The notes beneath the pieces were generated by a model that did not search any database, had not been told where the DNA came from, and saw nothing but the letters and a program-made list of their open reading frames with translations. DNA of 64,000 bases from the NCBI GenBank assembly GCA_029263335.1, contig JAJCXS010000147.1, forward strand, positions 2,682 through 66,681, written 5' to 3'. This stretch comes from Acidobacteriota bacterium. Its GTDB lineage: Bacteria > Acidobacteriota > UBA890 > WLXD01. This document shows positions 8,237 through 18,058 of the stretch, piece after piece (position 1 is the first letter of the stretch; the number at the start of each line of letters is the position of its first letter). The translations under genes and the position numbers were made by a program.

Positions 8237-10102
8237 TTAGCGCGCCCCTGCGCCATCGGCGCTCATCGGTGCCGTGGCAGTCCGAGGGCCGCGAAGGTGG
8301 TTGGTGGCGCATCGATAGCCGCCGTTGCGGATCACGCTAGAGGTCAACGGCGGTAGCAACCGCAGATCGATGTTGGCGGCACGGAATACTTCGATAGCCG
8401 CGGCATCGCCACGCGGGATGCCGCTGGCGAAGCTCTCTGCCCGGTGTCCGCCGTCCCAGGCCGAGATGACGACATTGTTCCAGCCGATCAGGAAGTCCTC
8501 GTGCTCCAGGTCGGGTTGGTCGGCAAGCATGCTGGTGGGCGCCAGTAGCACCGGGGCTCGCCGGACGAAGAACCCTGCGCTGTCGAGGTTATCCGCTACG
8601 CTATCCAGGAAAGCAGCCAGCTGCGAGGCGCGTTGCCCGCTCGATGTCTGGGTGAGACTGGCAAGGACATCCGTCGCAGCATCGATCCCGTAGGTTCGGC
8701 GGAGGGCCGAGATATCGTCTGCCGACAGGGCTTGCAGCAGCTCGTGGCCGCCATCGACGCTGGCCACGATCGCGCGCGGCGGCGACGTTGCATCCGCTGC
8801 GACGATCGTCACCAGCGAGTCCAGATCGAACCCGCCGCCGCCTGCCAGGCGCCACAGCGCTGCGCTCCGTTCCTCTGCGGTGCCGGAACGCGGTAGCGCG
8901 TGGACGAAGCGGGGCTGACGATCGAAGAGCTGCCCAAGCTGGGCCGCGGCCGCCTCCGCCGCGTCGAGATACGTGTCGATACCCTCCGCCGTGGAGAACG
9001 ACTCGACCGGCACACGGTCCAGACCCATGTGCTCGAGGATCGCCCACTCGAGCGAATGAACGCTTACCCATACATGATCTCGAGTGAGCAGAATCTGGCC
9101 GTTGTGAAAGGGTGTCGGCGAGGTCTGCCAGCGCGGTTCATGCCAGCGGGCATCGAGTTCGCTCGGCAATTGCGCCACCAGCAGGCGTCCGAGGCTGGAG
9201 TCGTCTTCGCGACCGAGCTGCTCGTTGGGTCGAACAATGACGCTGACGCCACCATCGCCACGGCGCGCGAGGATCATCGGATCGCGTGGCCATGGGCTAT
9301 AGCCGCGCCCCTGCGTCAAGAGCAGATGTGTACGGGGGGAACGCGTCGGCCTCAGGGACGCCGCCATGGCCTGATCGGCCATGACCAGAATGTCGCGCTC
9401 GGGCGCGATGCTCTCGAGGGCCTCCAGGAAGCGCTCGGCTTCGGTCGCACCGATGAACTGGGACGTCAGCACGAGCACCGTCGCGACAATCGGAAGGTCG
9501 CTGTCGATGACCAGATCGCTGCTGTGCGCGGGAGCAACGTAGCGGCTGGTGCTCGAACGCTCGATCAAGCCCCAGGCGGCCGCCACGGTTTCGGCGATCT
9601 CGAAGTCCACGCCGGTAATCCGATTCAGCCCCTCGAGCATCGCCTGGCGCAGGCCCGCCGTGAGAGTAACGTCGCTGCCCTGGCGCAGCAGCGCGACGAC
9701 CTGGTAGCGGAAGGCGACGTCTTCGACGAAAAGCCGGGGATTGACGAGCTGAACGGTCAGCAGGCGGTCCAGGTCGGTCTCCGTCCACGTGGCGCGGGCA
9801 TCGAGCTCGTGTGCCATGGCGCGAACCGTAGCTGAGAGGTAGGCGCCGAGGGCCGATTCGGGCCCGGTCTGCGCGAGTTCGCGACTCAACAGCACCAGCA
9901 CCGGTCCTGACCGGGGGCCCCACTCGAGCAGGTATGCCGACAGCTGTTGCGAGGTTACCTCGGTCATCACCGTTGCGGCCGTTGCAGATGCCGGCAGCCG
10001 GTCGACGGGCGACACGCTCGCCGCCGAAGCCCACGGCGGCGCCCCCATAGCTGTCGCTACGGAAAGTACCAAGAGGACCCTCGATGCGATGCTGAAAGAC
10101 AT
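8237..10102 (-). CDS. Secreted pentein-superfamily protein (amidinotransferase / peptidylarginine or agmatine deiminase-like)
   Basis: Signal peptide; WPRD and C-terminal NGGYRCATN (cf. GG..HC nucleophile motif). Confidence 0.6.
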   Translation of the reverse strand: MSFSIASRVLLVLSVATAMGAPPWASAASVSPVDRLPASATAATVMTEVTSQQLSAYLLEWGPRSGPVLVLLSRELAQTGPESALGAYLSATVRAMAHELDARATWTETDLDRLLTVQLVNPRLFVEDVAFRYQVVALLRQGSDVTLTAGLRQAMLEGLNRITGVDFEIAETVAAAWGLIERSSTSRYVAPAHSSDLVIDSDLPIVATVLVLTSQFIGATEAERFLEALESIAPERDILVMADQAMAASLRPTRSPRTHLLLTQGRGYSPWPRDPMILARRGDGGVSVIVRPNEQLGREDDSSLGRLLVAQLPSELDARWHEPRWQTSPTPFHNGQILLTRDHVWVSVHSLEWAILEHMGLDRVPVESFSTAEGIDTYLDAAEAAAAQLGQLFDRQPRFVHALPRSGTAEERSAALWRLAGGGGFDLDSLVTIVAADATSPPRAIVASVDGGHELLQALSADDISALRRTYGIDAATDVLASLTQTSSGQRASQLAAFLDSVADNLDSAGFFVRRAPVLLAPTSMLADQPDLEHEDFLIGWNNVVISAWDGGHRAESFASGIPRGDAAAIEVFRAANIDLRLLPPLTSSVIRNGGYRCATNHLRGPRTATAPMSADGAGAR

Positions 10103-10250
10103 GCTTTCGCGTCAGCGCCGTGCGCAAGGGGGGGTAGTGAAGTGGGCGAGAACCGGGGGTCTTGCGAGTTCTCACAATCACTGTAACAAGAGCGGGGGTG
10201 ACGATTCAGGGGCAAAAAGGACCCGGCGCAGGGGTTTCTTGGGGGGGAAT

Positions 10251-10265
10251 GTAAAGAAACGTAAA
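10251..10265. promoter_or_regulatory. GTAAA-N5-GTAAA direct repeat (CpxR-type box) in a divergent intergenic region
   Basis: GTAAAGAAACGTAAA matches the E. coli CpxR consensus exactly. Confidence 0.5.
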
Positions 10266-10319
10266 GGTCCACTGAGAGTGCAACGAGTCGCTAGACTGTG
10301 CCCTTCGTAGAAGCCCTTT

Positions 10320-13300
10320 TTGTGGAGCCGACTCATGCGCCATTCGTCTCGTCTTGTTGTTGCCGCGTTAGCGTTACTAGCCCTGGGTCTGCTGGTCGTC
10401 TGCCCTGGCGTGGTGTCCGCGCAGGTCGACGCTCGGATGTTGCGCTATGCGGACGTCTCCGCCACGCACATCGTCTTCGTTTACGCTGGCGACATCTGGG
10501 TGGCTGCCAAGGCGGGTGGGGTCGCGCAGCGGCTGAGCACGCCGACCGGCGAGGAACAGTTTCCGCGCTTCTCGCCGGATGGATCGCGCATTGCCTTCCA
10601 GGCGAACTACGACGGCAACGTCGACATCTATGTGGTGCCCACACTCGGTGGTCAGGTCGAGCGGTTGACCCATCATCCATTGCCCGATCGTATGCTCGAC
10701 TGGTATCCGGACGGCAACTCGATACTGATCGCCAGCTTCATGCAGACCGAGAAGATGCGCTATCGGAAGTTCTTCCGTATCGGCGCGAACGGCGGGCTGC
10801 CCGAACGGCTCCCCGTTCCCTATGGCGAGTTCGGCGCGCTCTCGCCCGACGGCGGCACGATTGCCTACATGCCCAAGAGCCGCGACTTCCGTACCTGGAA
10901 GCGCTACCGCGGTGGTACGGCGCCCGAGATCTGGTTGTTCGATCTGGACAGCTACGCGGCCACCAATATCACCCAGAACATGGCCAACGATGGCCACCCG
11001 ATGTGGCACGGCGACACACTGTATTTCCTGTCCGACCGCGGACCGCGCGAGCGCGCCAACATCTGGGCGTATGACCGCATTGCCGGTACGAGCAGACAGG
11101 TGACGCAGTTCACCGACTTCGACGTGCGGTTTCCGGCGATTGGCCCGCAAGACCTGGTCTTCGAGGCCGGCGGCCGGCTCTACCTTCTCGATCTCGCCAG
11201 CGAGCAAATGAATGAGGTGCAGATCGAAGTAGTAACGGATCGCTCTACCTTGAAGCCGTACTCCGAGCGCGTGGGAGGGCAGCTCGCCAGCGCGGGGATC
11301 TCGCCCAGCGGTGCGCGGGCAGTGATCGAGGCCCGCGGCGAGATGTTCTCGGTGCCGGCCGAGAAAGGCATCGTGCGCAACCTCTCGCGCAGCTCCGGCT
11401 TCGCGGAGCGCTGGCCGCAGTGGTCGCCCGACGGGCGTTGGATCGCTTACTTCAGCGACGAGACCGGCGAGTACGAACTGACCGTCCGTGCGGCCGACGG
11501 CAGCGGCGAGCCGCAGCGGCTCACAACCCTGGGCGAAGGCTTCCGTTACACACCGTACTGGTCGCCCGATAGCAAGAAGCTGGCCTTCATCGACCAGGCC
11601 ATGCAGATCTGGATCCACGATCGCGATGCCGGCACGACCACGAAGATCGATGAGGGGCTCTACCTGTATCACGGTGGCCTCGCCAACTTCGAGCCGGACT
11701 GGTCGTCGGACAGCAACTGGCTCGCCTACTCGCGCGGTCTGCCGAATCGGCATAACGCGGTGTTTCTCTACGACACCTCCGGCGGCGAACGCCACCAGGT
11801 GACGAGTGGCTTCTATAGCGAGGCGTCGCCGCGTTTCGATCCGGAGGGCGAGTATCTGTACGTGCTCACCAACCGCGATCTTTCGCCCAGCTACAGCGAC
11901 ACCGACAGCACGTTCATCTACGCCAACACGACGAACGTGGCGGCGGTTGCCCTGCGCAACGATGTCCCCTCGCCGTTGGCCCCGGAGAGCGACGAGGAGC
12001 AGGTCGCGGACGACGCGGAAGGCGATGCGGACGATGAGAATGACGCCGACGGCAATAGCGATGCCGACGCCGACGCCGACGCCGATGCCGACGCCGATAC
12101 CGACGAAGACAAGGGCCTGCGAATTGATCTCGAGGACTTCGAACGCCGTCTGGTCGTGTTGCCCGTCGCCGCCGGTAACTACGCCGGGCTCGATGCCGTA
12201 TCGGGCAAGGTGATCTATCACCGTGCTCCGCGTACCGGGGCCGATGGGGGCGACAGTCCGATCCTGTTCTGGGACCTTGGCGAGCGCGAGGAGAAGACGA
12301 TCATCGGTGATGCCGGTGGCTTCGCCGTTGCCGCCAGCGGCAAGAAGATGCTCGTGCAGAGTGGGCCGCGGCTCGGCATCATTTCGGTCGCGCCGGGGCA
12401 GAAGCTCAGCGCTGCGCTGGACCTGGCCTCGCTCGAAATGGTCATCGAACCAGCCGCCGAGTGGCGGCAGATCTTCAACGATGCCTGGCGGCTGTTTCGC
12501 GACTACTTCTACGTCGCCAATATGCATGGCACCGACTGGCAGAACATCGGCGAGCGCTACAGCGAACTGCTCGATGACGTGGTCACTCGATGGGATCTCG
12601 ACTTCCTCATCGGCGAGCTGATCGGCGAGCTGAACGCCGGCCACACCTACAACCGCAGCGGCGATACGGAGCAAGCAGCGCAGCGCAACGTGGGCATGCT
12701 CGGCGTCGACTTCGAATTGAACGACGGCGCCTTCCGGATCGCTCGGATTCTCGACGGCGCGGCATGGGACAGCGAGGTGCGCTCGCCGCTTGCGCTGCCG
12801 GGCGTGAACGTCTCGGAGGGAGACTACCTGCTGGCGGTCAATGGAGTGCCGCTCGACACCGGGCGAGATCCCTGGGCCGCTTTTCAGGGTCTGGCCGGCG
12901 ACGTGGTGGAGCTCACGGTGAGCGACACGCCATCGATGGAGGGGGCCCGCAGGGTCCTCGTGGAGCCGCTGGGCAGCGAGGTGCGCCTGCGTAACCTGGC
13001 CTGGATCGAGGCCAACAGGCAACGCGTCGACGATGCCACCGACGGCCGCGTCGGTTACGTCTACGTTCCGGATACCGGCACTGGTGGACAGACCGAGTTG
13101 ATGCGGCAGTGGGCCAATCAGATCGACAAGGAAGCACTGATCATCGACGAGCGCTTCAATAACGGTGGTCAGATTCCGGATCGGTTCATCGAGATGCTCG
13201 ACCGGCCTCTGTACAGTTACTGGGGCGTGCGCGACGGCGATGATTGGCAGTGGCCCCCGGTGGCTCAGATCGGTCCCAAGGTCATGCTCATCAACGGTTG

Positions 13301-13652
13301 GAGCGGATCGGGCGGTGACGCATTCCCGTTCTTCTTCCGACACGCGGGCCTCGGGCCGCTCATTGGCACCCGCACCTGGGGCGGGCTCATCGGTTACACG
13401 GGGGCACCCTCGCTGGTGGACGGAGGCGGACTCGCCATCCCGACCTTCGGCATCTACTCGCTCGAGGGTGAGTGGATCATCGAGGGCTATGGCGTCGATC
13501 CCGACATCGAGGTCGTCGACAATCCCACCGACCTGGCGAACGGCATCGATCCACAGATCGAAGCCGGGATCACCGAGATCCTACGTCTGCTCGAAGAGAA
13601 CCCGCCAACGCGCCCGGCTCGACCGGCTGCACCGGATCGTTCCCAACGCTAG
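10320..13652 (+). CDS. Tricorn-like protease (S41 family; beta-propellers + PDZ + catalytic domain)
   Basis: PD40 repeats (PRFSPDG, WSPDG), GELNAGH, IIDERFNNGG, GSGGD catalytic Ser, GTRTWGG, EGYGVDPD. Confidence 0.93.
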   Translation: MWSRLMRHSSRLVVAALALLALGLLVVCPGVVSAQVDARMLRYADVSATHIVFVYAGDIWVAAKAGGVAQRLSTPTGEEQFPRFSPDGSRIAFQANYDGNVDIYVVPTLGGQVERLTHHPLPDRMLDWYPDGNSILIASFMQTEKMRYRKFFRIGANGGLPERLPVPYGEFGALSPDGGTIAYMPKSRDFRTWKRYRGGTAPEIWLFDLDSYAATNITQNMANDGHPMWHGDTLYFLSDRGPRERANIWAYDRIAGTSRQVTQFTDFDVRFPAIGPQDLVFEAGGRLYLLDLASEQMNEVQIEVVTDRSTLKPYSERVGGQLASAGISPSGARAVIEARGEMFSVPAEKGIVRNLSRSSGFAERWPQWSPDGRWIAYFSDETGEYELTVRAADGSGEPQRLTTLGEGFRYTPYWSPDSKKLAFIDQAMQIWIHDRDAGTTTKIDEGLYLYHGGLANFEPDWSSDSNWLAYSRGLPNRHNAVFLYDTSGGERHQVTSGFYSEASPRFDPEGEYLYVLTNRDLSPSYSDTDSTFIYANTTNVAAVALRNDVPSPLAPESDEEQVADDAEGDADDENDADGNSDADADADADADADTDEDKGLRIDLEDFERRLVVLPVAAGNYAGLDAVSGKVIYHRAPRTGADGGDSPILFWDLGEREEKTIIGDAGGFAVAASGKKMLVQSGPRLGIISVAPGQKLSAALDLASLEMVIEPAAEWRQIFNDAWRLFRDYFYVANMHGTDWQNIGERYSELLDDVVTRWDLDFLIGELIGELNAGHTYNRSGDTEQAAQRNVGMLGVDFELNDGAFRIARILDGAAWDSEVRSPLALPGVNVSEGDYLLAVNGVPLDTGRDPWAAFQGLAGDVVELTVSDTPSMEGARRVLVEPLGSEVRLRNLAWIEANRQRVDDATDGRVGYVYVPDTGTGGQTELMRQWANQIDKEALIIDERFNNGGQIPDRFIEMLDRPLYSYWGVRDGDDWQWPPVAQIGPKVMLINGWSGSGGDAFPFFFRHAGLGPLIGTRTWGGLIGYTGAPSLVDGGGLAIPTFGIYSLEGEWIIEGYGVDPDIEVVDNPTDLANGIDPQIEAGITEILRLLEENPPTRPARPAAPDRSQR
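11988..12110 (+). repeat. Low-complexity GCCGAC/GAT repeats encoding an Asp/Ala-rich linker
   Basis: SDEEQVADDAEGDADDENDADGNSDADADADADADTDED. Confidence 0.8.
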
Positions 13653-13691
13653 AGACAAGGTTCGTAGCGATTACCCCCTAGGAGAATTCCC

Positions 13692-14039
13692 GTGGTTGGA
13701 CCGCCAGCGATGAGTTCGGATCACGTCGTCACGCTGTTTTGGAGCCGTCTGCGCGACGATCTTGGAGAGGACGGCTTGGCTGATTATCAGCGCGATCTCG
13801 AGCACATCCTCGCGTTGGCTCGTGCCATGCCCGGATTCGTCTCGGTAGCCCCTTACACAGGCCCGGATGGCGAGCGTCTGACGATTGTCGTGTTCGACTC
13901 CGAGGAATCCCAGACCGCCTGGCGACGACACCCTGAGCATGTGGCGGCACAGCGTCGCGGCAAGGATCGGTACTACGCTGGTTATCAGATCGTCGTGGCC
14001 GGCCCGAAACGGTTTCACGCCGGTGGACCAGCGCAGTAG
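13692..14039 (+). CDS. Antibiotic biosynthesis monooxygenase (ABM) family protein
   Basis: MPGFVS, F.SEE...AWRRHPEH..AQ..G...YY. Confidence 0.85.
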   Translation: MVGPPAMSSDHVVTLFWSRLRDDLGEDGLADYQRDLEHILALARAMPGFVSVAPYTGPDGERLTIVVFDSEESQTAWRRHPEHVAAQRRGKDRYYAGYQIVVAGPKRFHAGGPAQ

Positions 14040-14053
14040 AGGGCTGCGTCAGG

Positions 14054-16753
14054 TCAATCCGTTCGTAGCGACTCAACCGGGTCGATGGTGATCGCGCGTC
14101 GTGCCGGGACCAGACTCGCGGTCAGAGCGACCAAGGCCAGCACGGTGGCGGCGCCGATGTAGGTCGGGATGTCGGTGGCGCTAACGTCGTAGAGCAGCGA
14201 GGCGATCAAGCGGCTCGCCGCCGCGGCGATCGCCAGACCGACAACGATACCGGCTCCGACCCAGACCATGCCCTGGCCCACGACCCAGCGAGCCACGTCG
14301 GTGCCGCGGGCGCCGAGCGCCATACGGATGCCGATTTCACGGCTGCGCTGGGCCACCGAATTGGCGACGACGCCGTAGATCCCGATCGCGGCGAGTGTCA
14401 GCGCGAGGCCAGCGAACAAAGCCACCAGCATGGCGGAGAAACGGGGTTCGGAAACAGAGGCGTTGACCAACCCGTCGAGGGTCACGACATTCTCGATGGT
14501 CTGATCGGGGTTCACCGCCCAGATCGCATGGTTCACTGCGGCCTGGAGCCCTGTGGGCTCGGTACTCGTGCGGACCACCAGCGTCATGCCGGAGCGGGTG
14601 ATCTGCTGGACGGATGTGTAGAGAACGTTGACCACCTCTTCGTCGAGGCTCGACTGAGTCACGTTGCCGACGACACCGATGATGGCGACTTCGCCGTTGC
14701 CTACGCCCAGCCGGCTACCTACGGCGTCGCCGTCGGGGAAGTGCCGGTCGGCCATCGCCTGGTTGATGATTCCGCGCAGTTCGCCGGCCTCGCGGTTGTC
14801 GCGCTCGTCGAAGCCGCGGCCGGCCATCAGCGGAATCCCCATGGCGGCAAAAGCGTCATCGGAGGCCCAGCGTAGATATGCCGTGGGCCATTGACCTTCC
14901 GGTGGTGCCGGATTGCCCACAACCATGAAGTCGAGGTCCTCGCCCTGGAAAGTGTCCGGGGTGAGTGGCATCGGTCGAATGAGCCCGGCGATCTCGACGC
15001 CGGGTACGTCGCGGACACTTTGCAGGATGTCGCCAAAGAACTGGCTGATGTCTGCGGAGCCTTCGAGCTTGTACCCCGGTGCCGAGACCTTCATGGCGAC
15101 GGTGTGGTCGCCATCGAAACCGGGCTCGACCTGGAGCAGCTCGTTCAAGCTGCGCAGTAGCAGACCGGCTCCGATCACGAGAACAACGACCATCGCTACC
15201 TCGGCGACAATCAAGAGGCCGCGCATGCGGACCCGCCCCTCGGTCTGGGAGCCGCTGCCGCCGGCCAGTTTGAGTTCGCTCTGCAGGTCGCCGCGCCAGG
15301 CGCGCCAGGCCGGCGCGAGGCCGAACATCAGCCCGGTGAGAAGCGAAGCCCCGAGCGAGAACGCGACGACCGCGGGATCGATGCCGACCTCCGCCAGACG
15401 GGGAACCTCGTCAGGTGCCGCAGCGACCAGCAGCTTGATCGACAGGCTACCGAGTAGAAGACCTGCGCAGCCGCCGATGGCGGCAAGGAGTGCCGACTCC
15501 GTGAGGAGTTGGCGGGCCAGTCGTCCTCGGCCCGCCCCCAGCGCCGCGCGCACTGCGAATTCGCGAGTCCGGCCCTGGGCCCGGACCAGCATCAGGTTGG
15601 CGACGTTGGCACAGCAGATCAGCAGCACGACGCCGACCGCGCCGAGCAGAGTGAGCAGGCCAGTGCGGGCGTCACCCGTCACCTGATCGTGCAGCGGCAC
15701 GATGCGCACCTCGGTGAGTTCGTCGTTGCTGTCTGGGTACTCCGCGGCGAGGCGCTTGGCGACCGTATCCAGATCGGCCTGCGCCGCCTCCATGGTCACT
15801 CCCGGTGCCAGTCGACCGACGGCATGGAGGAAGCGCACCCCGCGCCGCCGCGGTACTCCGCTCTCGGGTATGACCGATAGCGGTACCCAGAGTTCGCCCT
15901 CCGCGGACGGATAGTCGAAGGTCGCCGGCATGACACCGATCACGATGTAGGGCGTGTCACTGAGCGTGATCGTGGAACCAACGATCGCCGCGTCGCCGGC
16001 GAAGCGCGTCTGCCACGTACCGTAGGAAAGCACTGCGACGGCGTTGTCGCCTTCCGCATGGTCCGCCACGACGATCGGGCGACCGAGAAGCGGCGCGACC
16101 GCTAGGGTCTCGAAGAATCCTTCCTCGACGAAGTGGGCCAGTACGCGGTCGGGCCGGTCATCGCCTGTCAGCACGAAGCCTCCCATTGAAACAGCCGGGA
16201 AGGCGGTCATCTGCGAGAAGGACTCGCCTTGATCGCGCCAGTCGCGAAAATCGTGCGGCGATACCGTGCCGCGCACACTGTCGCGCACAGGATAGGCCGA
16301 GTAGATGCGCACCAGTTGCTCGGCGTCCGGATAGGGTAGCGGCCGCAGGAGCACAGCGTTGACCATGCTGAAGATCGCGGCGTTGGCACCGATGCCGAGC
16401 GCGATGGTGAGGATCGCGGCGAGCGCAAACACGGGACTCTTGAGCAGCGACCGGAAACCGTAGCGAATGTCTTGCAGGATCGATACGAACATTTCAACAG
16501 GTCCGAGTCGGGGAGATTCGGGGTTGGGCAGCGGCGCACGGCGCAGCGGCCGAGCGTCGCGAGAAAGGGCTAGACGAAGGGCTTGCGCCCAGTACCAGAG
16601 CGCGGTCGCAAGTCGCGAATGTAGCCTGCACCGCTCAGCGAACTCCTCGCGCAGATCGCCGACGACGAAACTGCCAACGCCGGAGGCGGCGAGCCGTCGC
16701 CGCAGCCAGCGCTCGACGAGGCGCGGTGGGGAAGGAATCGAATCGCTGGACAC
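14054..16753 (-). CDS. ADOP-type duplicated ABC permease with N-terminal extension
   Basis: GDLREEF...WYW prefix, [41 protein letters not shown]. Confidence 0.92.
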   Translation of the reverse strand: MSSDSIPSPPRLVERWLRRRLAASGVGSFVVGDLREEFAERCRLHSRLATALWYWAQALRLALSRDARPLRRAPLPNPESPRLGPVEMFVSILQDIRYGFRSLLKSPVFALAAILTIALGIGANAAIFSMVNAVLLRPLPYPDAEQLVRIYSAYPVRDSVRGTVSPHDFRDWRDQGESFSQMTAFPAVSMGGFVLTGDDRPDRVLAHFVEEGFFETLAVAPLLGRPIVVADHAEGDNAVAVLSYGTWQTRFAGDAAIVGSTITLSDTPYIVIGVMPATFDYPSAEGELWVPLSVIPESGVPRRRGVRFLHAVGRLAPGVTMEAAQADLDTVAKRLAAEYPDSNDELTEVRIVPLHDQVTGDARTGLLTLLGAVGVVLLICCANVANLMLVRAQGRTREFAVRAALGAGRGRLARQLLTESALLAAIGGCAGLLLGSLSIKLLVAAAPDEVPRLAEVGIDPAVVAFSLGASLLTGLMFGLAPAWRAWRGDLQSELKLAGGSGSQTEGRVRMRGLLIVAEVAMVVVLVIGAGLLLRSLNELLQVEPGFDGDHTVAMKVSAPGYKLEGSADISQFFGDILQSVRDVPGVEIAGLIRPMPLTPDTFQGEDLDFMVVGNPAPPEGQWPTAYLRWASDDAFAAMGIPLMAGRGFDERDNREAGELRGIINQAMADRHFPDGDAVGSRLGVGNGEVAIIGVVGNVTQSSLDEEVVNVLYTSVQQITRSGMTLVVRTSTEPTGLQAAVNHAIWAVNPDQTIENVVTLDGLVNASVSEPRFSAMLVALFAGLALTLAAIGIYGVVANSVAQRSREIGIRMALGARGTDVARWVVGQGMVWVGAGIVVGLAIAAAASRLIASLLYDVSATDIPTYIGAATVLALVALTASLVPARRAITIDPVESLRTD

Positions 16754-16755
16754 AG

Positions 16756-17085
16756 TCAGCCGTCGAGAGCCCGTTCCAACCCTTGGGAGAGGTTGGCAAT
16801 GGCGCGCTGCGAGTGCCGCAGAGCAATGAGTCCGGGTTCCGTTACCTGGAAGCGGCGGCGCGGGATGCCGCCGCGCTCCGGGGTGCTGTCTTCGACCTGC
16901 CAGTCGAGGAATCCTTTCTCCTGCAAGCGGGTCAGTGTGCCGTAGAGCGCTCCACGCGCGACGCTGCGGCTAGCCTGTTCCTCGATCTGCTCGCGTACCC
17001 GAATCGCGTGTGCGTGTTCTCCCAACTGCATCACCGCGAGCATGACGAGATGCTCAAACTCTCCCAGGAATGTCGCTGTACCCAT
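16756..17085 (-). CDS. PadR-family regulator (acidobacterial type)
   Basis: [28 protein letters not shown]; directly upstream of the ADOP gene. Confidence 0.9.
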   Translation of the reverse strand: MGTATFLGEFEHLVMLAVMQLGEHAHAIRVREQIEEQASRSVARGALYGTLTRLQEKGFLDWQVEDSTPERGGIPRRRFQVTEPGLIALRHSQRAIANLSQGLERALDG

Positions 17086-17272
17086 GTGGTCCTCTCGGCC
17101 GGCCCAACTGCGGATGGGTTCGGGATCGGAAATCGCTGTCTAGTTTCCAGACAGTGACTACAATACTGACACTGAGTGTTCCGCACAAGCCCTAGAAGAC
17201 AAGTGTGGCTCCTGGTGTCCGCGCTGCAGCGGCCGGGTCGCGACGGCGACCTCGTGCGGCGGGTCGTGTCGG

Positions 17273-17656
17273 CTAGCCGAGCCGCTGCTCGTCCGCGTCC
17301 TGGGGCCGGCCCCCTTCCTGGGGAGCCTCCTCGGGACTTACCTCGGGGGCCGGCATGCCTTCCGGAACAGGGGTGTCGAACAGGTCGCGGGAGGTAGATT
17401 CGCCGACCGAGCTGAGCAGCCAGTACATGCCGAAGGCGACAGCGAGCAAGGCGACCAGCATGACGACAATGGAGATCTTGTTCCACTTCGACAGGCGGAA
17501 GGGCTCGGGCTCGGGGCCGTGCTCGCGCGCCGCTTCGATAAGACGCTCGGCGCATTCCGGGCACTCCTTGCAGTGCTCGATAATGCGGAACTTCTTGTAG
17601 CGGCCGAGCTCGTCGCGGGCGTAGTTGACCATGTCCTGGTCGTTCGGATGACTCAT
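17273..17656 (-). CDS. Small zf-HC2 (HxxxCxxC) single-TM protein, anti-sigma-like
   Basis: EHCKECPEC followed by a TM segment (ISIVVMLVALLAVAFGMYW). Confidence 0.65.
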   Translation of the reverse strand: MSHPNDQDMVNYARDELGRYKKFRIIEHCKECPECAERLIEAAREHGPEPEPFRLSKWNKISIVVMLVALLAVAFGMYWLLSSVGESTSRDLFDTPVPEGMPAPEVSPEEAPQEGGRPQDADEQRLG

Positions 17657-17733
17657 GCGGACGATTGTACCCGTTCGGGCCCGGCGTCTTCTTGCGCTGC
17701 GGCCGCGGGCGTCGCCGCGCGATCGAGCTGGTC

Positions 17734-18057
17734 TCAGGCCGAGCTATGGGGGACCGATTCCGACATACGGCGCAGGCGTCGCTGAGCCGCGCGCACGGCG
17801 TGCTCACCTTCCGCAGTTGCACGCGCGATGCGGCGCGGGCGACCGCCGGTTGGCGACGAGGAGGGTTCGCCCGTGAAGCGGAGGTACGCCTTGGCCTCCA
17901 GCCGTCGAAGCGTGGAGTACACGGCGCCAAACGACACGTCGCGCTCGGCCCGTTCCGTGATGAGTCGCCGGATCGGCACTCCGTAGGCCTCGTCCCCAAG
18001 TTGCATCACCGCCAGCAACACGAGGTGCTCGAATTCGCCCAGATAGTCGTTGGCCAT
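17734..18057 (-). CDS. PadR-family regulator
   Basis: [35 protein letters not shown]. Confidence 0.9.
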   Translation of the reverse strand: MANDYLGEFEHLVLLAVMQLGDEAYGVPIRRLITERAERDVSFGAVYSTLRRLEAKAYLRFTGEPSSSPTGGRPRRIARATAEGEHAVRAAQRRLRRMSESVPHSSA

Positions 18058-18058
18058 G

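Noticed and set aside
10377-13343. 988-aa ORF antisense to the tricorn gene (similar long antisense ORFs at 57245-59341, 22906-24609, 20960-22312)
   Set aside because: Shadow ORFs caused by high-GC codon bias; the opposite strand carries recognisable proteins.
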